A stretch of DNA of 40,724 nucleotides from a virus (lineage: Duplodnaviria > Heunggongvirae > Uroviricota > Caudoviricetes), in the IMG/VR virus record IMGVR_UViG_2565956726_000012, positions 1 to 40,724 of that record; one strand, given 5' to 3'. Below, in pieces: positions 34,655 through 40,724 of this stretch (within the stretch, counting starts at the first letter, position 1; each line of letters starts with the position of its first letter). Under the pieces are notes generated by a model. It was given only the letters and a program-made list of their open reading frames with translations. It did not search any database and was not told where the DNA came from. Position numbers and translations under genes: made by a program.

Positions 34655-34666
34655 AGCTATTGCCTG

Positions 34667-34690
34667 ATATTTATTTCAGATAATAAATAT
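34667..34690. repeat. AT-rich 24-bp palindrome ATATTTATT-TCAGAT-AATAAATAT at the Cro-side promoter
   Basis: 9-bp arms, exact reverse complements. Confidence 0.7.
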
Positions 34691-34753
34691 TCACCCATAA
34701 GGTAACAAAAATCAAGGATAGTTACCTATGAGGTGCATTTACCTGTTGGGTAA
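34691..34753. promoter_or_regulatory. Immunity-region operator cluster: three adjacent copies (34691-34705 imperfect, 34722-34736, 34739-34753)
   Basis: TCACCCATAAGGTAA, TTACCTATGAGGTGC, TTACCTGTTGGGTAA between divergent cro-like and repressor genes. Confidence 0.65.
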
Positions 34754-34808
34754 TATTGCTTTAAATTGAATCATCTACTGATTCATATATGAGGCGATTT
34801 TCCAGAAA

Positions 34809-35393
34809 ATGAAAAGTATCCAGGACGTCCGCAGGCAAAATCTCAACGACTTGATCGACCGTGAATTCAATGGTGTTCAGACGCGGATGGCAGAAAAACT
34901 TGGAACTCAGGCAAATCTGGTAAACCGCTGGGCTCTTGGCAAGAAGGTTATCGGCGACCAGGTTGCGCGAAAAATTGAAGCTGCCGCCAATAAACCCCGT
35001 AACTGGCTTGATATCGATCGCTCGCTTTCTCAGGAAGGTTTTCAGCCTGTCGGCCCAAGCGACATTGGTCAGCTGGCGGCTCACAACCTGGAACGCTGGA
35101 TGAGCGAAAGCCGCGACCTTTCAACGCAGGGAAAACTTCACCGCGCATCCGGCGTCGCCCAGGTGACAATCAGCCGCCTGTTAAACAATGAGGTCAGCGT
35201 TTCCATTTCCACCCTGGAGAATGTTGCATCCGCATTCGGGCGTCACGGATATGAACTACTGATTCACCCGCACGACCCTGCGACTATCAACTATGACCGC
35301 TCACGCTACGCATTGTTACCCGAAACCGAGAAAGCAAAGATCGAAAGTTACATTGAATTTGTCATCAACCAGAACGAAAAAAGCAAACAATAA
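34809..35393 (+). CDS. Prophage repressor with two tandem XRE-type HTH domains, no S24 peptidase domain
   Basis: Two HTH motifs (QTRMAEKLGTQANLVNRWALGKK and QGKLHRASGVAQVTISRLLNNE); no Ala-Gly/Ser-Lys autocleavage module; divergent from cro-like gene. Confidence 0.75.
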   Translation: MKSIQDVRRQNLNDLIDREFNGVQTRMAEKLGTQANLVNRWALGKKVIGDQVARKIEAAANKPRNWLDIDRSLSQEGFQPVGPSDIGQLAAHNLERWMSESRDLSTQGKLHRASGVAQVTISRLLNNEVSVSISTLENVASAFGRHGYELLIHPHDPATINYDRSRYALLPETEKAKIESYIEFVINQNEKSKQ

Positions 35394-35415
35394 AACTATA
35401 GTTTTCAGTAAGTAA

Positions 35416-35437
35416 GCCGCCTCATGGCGGCTTTTTT
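35416..35437 (+). terminator. Rho-independent terminator after repressor gene
   Basis: Stem GCCGCC/GGCGGC, loop TCAT, 6 T. Confidence 0.75.
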
Positions 35438-35450
35438 ATTGCCAGATAGA

Positions 35451-35465
35451 TTACCTTACGGGTAA
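35451..35465. promoter_or_regulatory. Operator copy H1 (TTACCTTACGGGTAA)
   Basis: Perfect half-sites, 20 bp upstream of the early-left -35. Confidence 0.55.
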
Positions 35466-35484
35466 TTTTTTTAACTCATATCTA

Positions 35485-35527
35485 TTGACACCAAACCAAA
35501 TAAGCATAATTATTACCCCAACGGTAA
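35485..35527 (+). promoter_or_regulatory. Early-left promoter (TTGACA -35, AT-rich -10) with operator copy H2 (TTACCCCAACGGTAA)
   Basis: Consensus TTGACA at 35485-35490; operator at 35513-35527 abutting the -10 region. Confidence 0.6.
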
Positions 35528-35546
35528 CAGACCGAGGTAACAAGTT

Positions 35547-35699
35547 ATGCAGTGGAAAATCATCAACGGTTGGTACTGCGTTACTGCATGCGGATTCATG
35601 AGCTGGAAGTTCCGCACCTTACAGGAAGGCATTAAGTGGGCTTTCGTCAGCAAAGAAGCTCGCGATGTAGCCAACGATAACGAGATATGGGAGGGCTGA
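35547..35699 (+). CDS. Small ORF (50 aa), first gene of early-left operon
   Basis: GAGG RBS 9 nt before ATG; Trp/Cys-rich; below track cut-off. Confidence 0.3.
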   Translation: MQWKIINGWYCVTACGFMSWKFRTLQEGIKWAFVSKEARDVANDNEIWEG

Positions 35700-35701
35700 T
35701 A

Positions 35702-36001
35702 ATGAACGTTAATCAGCAGAAAAATCTTCAAAAAATCATGCTGGCATTCGACAAGGACTACCGCCTGTCAGAACAGCTATATGACCGACAAGTTGAACTG
35801 ATTGAGAGCATCCGACTTCATCAACTGTCCTCAACTTTCGACGTTGTAACAGGCAAAGGCGTTCGTCAGGAAGTGCTGGAGGCTGCTAAAGACAGCCCTG
35901 AGTTCGAAGAACTGGTGGATGCCTACCGGCGCGAGGCAATGGCAATTATAGCGCGCTGGGATCTGGCGGATCAGCTTGATGGGCAGAGGGACGCGGCATG
36001 A
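35702..36001 (+). CDS. Hypothetical early protein
   Basis: GAGGG RBS; immediately upstream of exonuclease gene. Confidence 0.5.
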   Translation: MNVNQQKNLQKIMLAFDKDYRLSEQLYDRQVELIESIRLHQLSSTFDVVTGKGVRQEVLEAAKDSPEFEELVDAYRREAMAIIARWDLADQLDGQRDAA

Positions 36002-36897
36002 TGCGGAACGCTGGAATCATGGATAGAACAAAATACATCGGAGGAAGCGATGTTGCAGGGATTCTTGGAATTAGCCCATGGCGCACCCCGCTTGAGGTTT
36101 ATCTGGATAAGGTCCAGCCACGTGTCAAACCAGTAGACCCAAGCAAGCAGAAAGTTTTCACGCGTGGCCAGCGTATGGAGCCATACGTAATAGACCTGCT
36201 TTCTGAGGAAACAGGGATGGAAATCGTTCATCGCGGAAACCGCTATATCCACCGTGATTACGATTTTATTGCAGCTGAGATCGATGCAGAAGCAGCGTCA
36301 GGCGAGAACATTGAGATCAAAACAGTTAGTCCGTTCAAAGCCAAAGAATGGGGAGAAATCCAGACAGATGCAATTCCTGTGCATTACACGGCCCAGGCCA
36401 TGCACGGGTTGATGGTTACAAACAAACAGGTATGCGTTTTCGGTGTGCTTATCGGTGGCGACGACTTCCGAATCTATCGGGTTGAGCGTGATGAAGAAAC
36501 TATCCAGGCGATCTTAGAAAAAGAAATCGCTTTCTGGGACCGAGTGAAAAATCTTAACCCGCCGGAAGCTACCAGCGTAAGCGATGTATCGCTGATGTTT
36601 GAGAAAGATGCCGGGACAAGTATCGAGGCTGACGGAAAGGCACTCGCACTATTCAACAATCTACGAGACATGAAATCACGCAGAAAATCACTGGAAGAAG
36701 AAATAGCTATATCAGAAGAGAAGCTGAAGATGTACATGCAAGAGCACTCAGTCCTGACCCTGGACGGAAAGCCGCTCTGCACATGGAAATCTCAGATCAG
36801 CAACAGATTCGACCAGAAGCTATTCCAGTCAGTACACCCTGAGTTATTCGAAAAATTCAAAACAACAACGACACAACGCGTCTTCAGAATGAAGTAA
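35998..36897 (+). CDS. YqaJ-type viral recombinase exonuclease (lambda Exo-like)
   Basis: N-terminal GGSDVAGILGISPWRTPLEVYLDK signature of YqaJ/Exo PD-(D/E)xK nucleases; paired with recT. Confidence 0.85.
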   Translation: MMRNAGIMDRTKYIGGSDVAGILGISPWRTPLEVYLDKVQPRVKPVDPSKQKVFTRGQRMEPYVIDLLSEETGMEIVHRGNRYIHRDYDFIAAEIDAEAASGENIEIKTVSPFKAKEWGEIQTDAIPVHYTAQAMHGLMVTNKQVCVFGVLIGGDDFRIYRVERDEETIQAILEKEIAFWDRVKNLNPPEATSVSDVSLMFEKDAGTSIEADGKALALFNNLRDMKSRRKSLEEEIAISEEKLKMYMQEHSVLTLDGKPLCTWKSQISNRFDQKLFQSVHPELFEKFKTTTTQRVFRMK

Positions 36898-36906
36898 GGA
36901 GAAAAA

Positions 36907-37929
36907 ATGTCTATCAATGCACTTAAGGCAGCGGCTACCGGTAACCAAGTTGCACATCATAATGAGAAACCAACAACTCTGGCCGGACTTCTGGCAGACC
37001 CAAAAATTAAAGCTCAGATGGCTTTGGCACTTCCAAAGCACATGACAGCAGACCGTCTGGCGCGCATAGCAACCACAGAGATCAGAAAGGTTCCAAAACT
37101 TGCATCATGCGACCAAGCCAGCTTCCTGGGGGCAATTATGCAATGTGCCCAATTGGGTCTTGAACCAGGCGGAGCTCTTGGACACGCTTACCTGATACCG
37201 TTCGACAAACGCCAGAAAGTAAATGGAAGATGGGAAACCGTATCTACAGAAGCACAGCTGATTATCGGCTATCGCGGAATGATTGACCTTGCCCGCCGCT
37301 CTGGGCAGATCCTGAGTATCTCGGCTCGTACCGTACATACAAACGACAAATTCAGCTACTCATACGGCCTGGAAGAAACGCTCGAGCATTTACCTTGCGA
37401 AACAGGTGACAGCGGAGAATTAACGCACGTTTACGCCGTTGCACGACTGAAAGATGGCGGAGTCCAATTTGAAGTTATGAGCCGGGCAGACGTTGAGAAA
37501 GTTCGTGCACTGAGCAAAGCCGGTAGCAGTGGCCCATGGGTTGATCACTTCGATGAGATGGCTAAAAAAACAGTAATTCGCCGACTGTTCAAATATCTTC
37601 CTGTTTCTATTGAAATGCAGAAGGCTGTTGTTATGGATGAGCGCGCTGAAGCTGGACTTAGCCAAGATAACGCAGCTGTTATCACTGGTGAATATTCCGT
37701 AGTTGACGATGAGCGTCAACACCTGTCGCCAATTTCAGATTCAGAACGAGAAGAAGCTCGAGAATATATCATCGCGATACTTAATAGCCTGGATCCATCT
37801 GCTGAAGATGCAAAAACGATGTTCAAGCGCGCTGAAAATGAAATTAACACCATGGCTGAAAAGCTCGGTGATGAATATCACCAAAAATTCATGATGACGC
37901 TTAACGATATGCGTCCAGAATTCGAGTAA
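36907..37929 (+). CDS. recT: RecT single-strand annealing recombinase
   Basis: RecT family core (ASCDQASFLGAIMQCAQLGLEPG ... HAYLIPF); directly downstream of exonuclease. Confidence 0.9.
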   Translation: MSINALKAAATGNQVAHHNEKPTTLAGLLADPKIKAQMALALPKHMTADRLARIATTEIRKVPKLASCDQASFLGAIMQCAQLGLEPGGALGHAYLIPFDKRQKVNGRWETVSTEAQLIIGYRGMIDLARRSGQILSISARTVHTNDKFSYSYGLEETLEHLPCETGDSGELTHVYAVARLKDGGVQFEVMSRADVEKVRALSKAGSSGPWVDHFDEMAKKTVIRRLFKYLPVSIEMQKAVVMDERAEAGLSQDNAAVITGEYSVVDDERQHLSPISDSEREEAREYIIAILNSLDPSAEDAKTMFKRAENEINTMAEKLGDEYHQKFMMTLNDMRPEFE

Positions 37930-37978
37930 CCACCACCGCGGCGCCACGTGCGCCGCACTGCAACCAAGAGAGGTATTC

Positions 37979-38227
37979 ATGAAAGGTGCATTAGGTAAGA
38001 AAGAACTCCTGGCGGTGGTGCCACTGTCATGGAGCACTATCGACCGTATGGAGCGCGCAGGGGAATTTCCTAAACGCTGGTATATCACCGATAAACGCTG
38101 CGCATGGAACCGTGATGAAGTTGAGCGTTGGCTTGATGAACGTCAGGCAGCAAGCCCGGCAGAGTTCCAGGGTAAAAAGCCTCCTGTTCAGCAACGTGTA
38201 TATCGTCCCGTGAGCAACGCTGCATGA
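37979..38227 (+). CDS. AlpA-family DNA-binding protein (excisionase/regulator candidate)
   Basis: 82 aa; HTH region SWSTIDRMERAGEFPKRWYITDKRCAWNRDEVERWL resembles AlpA-type proteins. Confidence 0.65.
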   Translation: MKGALGKKELLAVVPLSWSTIDRMERAGEFPKRWYITDKRCAWNRDEVERWLDERQAASPAEFQGKKPPVQQRVYRPVSNAA

Positions 38228-38336
38228 GTGCGCTGCTAAGGCACTGGAGCAAATGGTCAGGATGGTACTTATTCCTGGCCTCTGTTTCAGCATGGCTTTA
38301 TCTGCTGGCATTAATTTTCAGAGAGGGTTGGATTAA

Positions 38337-38636
38337 GTGAGAAAGTTAAGCCGACTTGAAAAATATCACATGAATAAGGTTTCAATGCGCAGTCCGTCAA
38401 AGATTGTCGCCGTTACTCCTGCGGCGATAGAGATCGAAAAACGCGCGATTGAAAGAGAGAAAAAAGGGCAATTCCGCATTGCCGCTCACCTTTGGCTTCA
38501 GTGTATGGATGTTGCTTCTGGTGATGTTGAACGTGCAAGGATCGCGGTTCGCAGGGACCAATGTATCACAAAAGGTAACGGCCTTCGCCGTGGCGACTAT
38601 AGCGGCATAGGATGTTGTGGGGTGGTTTATGACTAA
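38337..38636 (+). CDS. PerC-like transcriptional activator candidate
   Basis: Segment AIEIEKRAIEREKKGQFRIAAHLWLQCMD resembles the PerC/Pch family as recalled; start codon ambiguous (GTG 38337, ATG 38370 or 38385). Confidence 0.4.
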   Translation: MRKLSRLEKYHMNKVSMRSPSKIVAVTPAAIEIEKRAIEREKKGQFRIAAHLWLQCMDVASGDVERARIAVRRDQCITKGNGLRRGDYSGIGCCGVVYD

Positions 38637-39279
38637 GAAATACACACTAATCTATGCAGATCCACCCTGGGTATACCGGGACAAAGCCGCAGATGGTAAT
38701 CGCGGTGCCGGTTTTAAATATCCGGTTATGAGTGTGCTGGATATCTGCCGCCTTCCTGTGTGGGATTTGGCCGATGAAAACTGTCTGTTGGCCATGTGGT
38801 GGGTGCCAACACAACCACTCGAAGCACTAAAAGTTGTTGAAGCCTGGGGATTCCGTCTGATGACGATGAAGGGCTTCACGTGGATAAAATGTGGTAGTCG
38901 ACAACCAGATAAACTGGTTATGGGTATGGGACACATGACTCGCGCCAATAGTGAAGATTGCCTGTTTGCGGTAAAGGGAAAACTACCTACGCGCATTAAT
39001 GCAGGGATCGTTCAGTCATTTACCGCACCGCGGCTTGAGCATTCAAGAAAGCCAGATATCGTTCGTGAAAAACTTGTGCAATTATTAGGCGATGTTTCTC
39101 GCATTGAACTGTTCGCCCGCCAGACGTCTCATGGCTTTGATGTTTGGGGTAATCAGTGCGAAGACCCGGCAGTGCAACTACACCCTGGATACGCGTTGGA
39201 TATTGGCGGATTAACAAATGCATTCAGCAATGCTCCGCTGTCACCAACAGACATCCAGGGGCGGGAGCGTGCTGCATGA
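38629..39279 (+). CDS. MT-A70 family DNA N6-adenine methyltransferase
   Basis: Catalytic motif IYADPPWVY (DPPW) near N-terminus. Confidence 0.8.
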   Translation: MTKKYTLIYADPPWVYRDKAADGNRGAGFKYPVMSVLDICRLPVWDLADENCLLAMWWVPTQPLEALKVVEAWGFRLMTMKGFTWIKCGSRQPDKLVMGMGHMTRANSEDCLFAVKGKLPTRINAGIVQSFTAPRLEHSRKPDIVREKLVQLLGDVSRIELFARQTSHGFDVWGNQCEDPAVQLHPGYALDIGGLTNAFSNAPLSPTDIQGRERAA

Positions 39280-39470
39280 ACAGGGCATCACCAGCAGATT
39301 TAAGAAAATGCCTTGAAACTGCAAACATGCTTGCACACAGCGGGATCAGGTTTGTTCCAATTCCCGCTGTCACTGATGCTGAATTTGCAACACTGTCAGC
39401 AATATTCGAAAACAAAATTGAATCACTGGCAGCAGAAGCAGAGATGGAAGAAAATCAGCAGAACTATTAA
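39276..39470 (+). CDS. Hypothetical small protein
   Basis: ATGA overlap with methyltransferase stop; 64 aa. Confidence 0.45.
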   Translation: MNRASPADLRKCLETANMLAHSGIRFVPIPAVTDAEFATLSAIFENKIESLAAEAEMEENQQNY

Positions 39471-39473
39471 ACG

Positions 39474-40724
39474 TTATTCCCCCGCCATCCACTTCTCAAA
39501 CTTCGACGGGGAGAACGGAATCAGATCCGTATGCTCCCCGTCAATCCATGAATCAATCATATCGGCCCACTGCTGCAACATGTAGGCGCGCTGTCTGGCG
39601 TATTCCGCTTTGTTATATACGGCGCGCACACCTTTCTGCTCATGTGCCAGAGCCTTTTCAATCCAGTCTGAAGGATAACCAGCCTCATGCAACAACGTAC
39701 TGGCTGTACGGCGCATATCATGTACAGTGAAGTCCTGAATATGCTCACCATCTTCATTTATTATTTTCACCGTTCTGTCGATCAGAGAGTTCAGCGCGGC
39801 ATTAGATAATGGCTTCCGGAAATTGTAACGACCAGGAACCAGATATTCACTTCCACCAGCGCACATCTGCAACCCGACCAATATATCCTGTGCCTGTTTA
39901 GGCAGGTAAATAACGTGCGCCCGGCTTCCCTTCATGCGGTCTGGAGGAATTGTCCATGTCCATTTTTTAAAATCTATTTCATCCCACGTTGCATTGGTGA
40001 ATTCGCCCTTACGAACCATAGTGATAAGCACCAGTTTTAAAGCCATTTTCATAGTGCCCATAGCACCAATGGCATCCAGCGTGCGGAAGAACAGGCCAAT
40101 TTCTTCTGGTGTCAGTGTTCGCTCTCGTGGTTTAAATATGGCGATAGACGAAGGTTTAATGTCAGCCGCAGGATTAAACAAACCATGACCACGGTCATTG
40201 GCGTGACGGTATACGCTACTGATGATCTCCCTGGCCTGCACTGCTGTTGCCCGGCCACCGCGTTCGACAATCCGGTCACACAAATCACGAACCATCGATG
40301 TGGTAATTTCAGCCATCATTTTATTGCCAAGAACCGGAAGTATGTCACGGTCGATCACCGCCTGTTTCATTGCGCGGGTACTGTCAGCCAGGATGACGTG
40401 TTTCATATAACTGTCGGTATGTACCGCAAACGTCTCGGCACCACGAATCTTTTTGATACCGTCACGTTTAGCCGCAGCCGGTGACTGGCCTGCTTTAAGC
40501 AGCTTCTTTGCAGCAATCAGTTCTTCTCGCGCTTCTGCCAGGCTGATACCGTCACGCCCATACTGCCCGATTACCAGTGTTTCGCGGCGACCGTTGATAC
40601 GGTAGTCATAGCGAAACGAGACCGTGCCTGACGTAAGCACAGCTACATACAGCCCGTCACGATCGGAGACCTTGTACAGTTTGTCCTGCGGCTTGAGGTT
40701 TTTTAATTTTGTATCGGTAAGCAC
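39474..40724 (-). CDS. int: Tyrosine integrase (P4-like family), 5-prime end at window edge
   Basis: N-terminal LTDTKLKNLKP...DGLYVAVLTSG...FRYDYR typical of P4-like integrase arm-binding domain; C-terminal catalytic region with HxxR and terminal Tyr region; GTG at the very last window codon so the true start may lie outside. Confidence 0.85.
   Translation of the reverse strand: MLTDTKLKNLKPQDKLYKVSDRDGLYVAVLTSGTVSFRYDYRINGRRETLVIGQYGRDGISLAEAREELIAAKKLLKAGQSPAAAKRDGIKKIRGAETFAVHTDSYMKHVILADSTRAMKQAVIDRDILPVLGNKMMAEITTSMVRDLCDRIVERGGRATAVQAREIISSVYRHANDRGHGLFNPAADIKPSSIAIFKPRERTLTPEEIGLFFRTLDAIGAMGTMKMALKLVLITMVRKGEFTNATWDEIDFKKWTWTIPPDRMKGSRAHVIYLPKQAQDILVGLQMCAGGSEYLVPGRYNFRKPLSNAALNSLIDRTVKIINEDGEHIQDFTVHDMRRTASTLLHEAGYPSDWIEKALAHEQKGVRAVYNKAEYARQRAYMLQQWADMIDSWIDGEHTDLIPFSPSKFEKWMAGE

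Noticed and set aside
1-40724. CRISPR arrays, insertion sequences or transposase genes
   Set aside because: No regularly spaced short direct repeats with unique spacers and no transposase-like ORF or terminal inverted repeats were seen; the only tandem repeats are the replication iterons and short operator copies.

Overview
Nearly the whole window (about 1.15 kb to the right edge) is one integrated temperate prophage; positions 1-1143 look like host flank (a lipoprotein gene, a secreted coiled-coil protein gene and a terminator). The prophage has a lambdoid regulatory backbone read right to left: edge-truncated tyrosine integrase, an early-left operon (AlpA-like regulator, PerC-like regulator, MT-A70 methyltransferase, YqaJ exonuclease, RecT), a tandem-HTH repressor divergent from a Cro-like gene, lambda O/P-like replication genes with an iteron origin, and a block of Ea22/DUF551-type accessory genes. 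The virion module is podovirus-type with T7-like tail parts (terminase, portal, scaffold, capsid, tail tubular A/B, internal proteins including a transglycosylase-domain one, tailspike with C-terminal self-cleaving chaperone), followed by a lysis cassette with embedded Rz/Rz1 spanins. Two plus-strand islands interrupt the minus-strand late genes: an antirepressor island at 5.7-8.2 kb and a tRNA-Arg(UCU) island at 24.6-25.7 kb. The most notable signals are a 17-bp palindrome ATTACC-N5-GGTAAT present in about 13 copies at the head of essentially every transcription unit, a near-consensus LexA box in front of a standalone antirepressor C-terminal-domain gene, a structured terminator-ended RNA element upstream of the full-length antirepressor, a candidate toxin-antitoxin-like pair, and an AT-rich secreted cargo gene. 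All calls rest on reading the sequence and on recalled family features; no database search was run.
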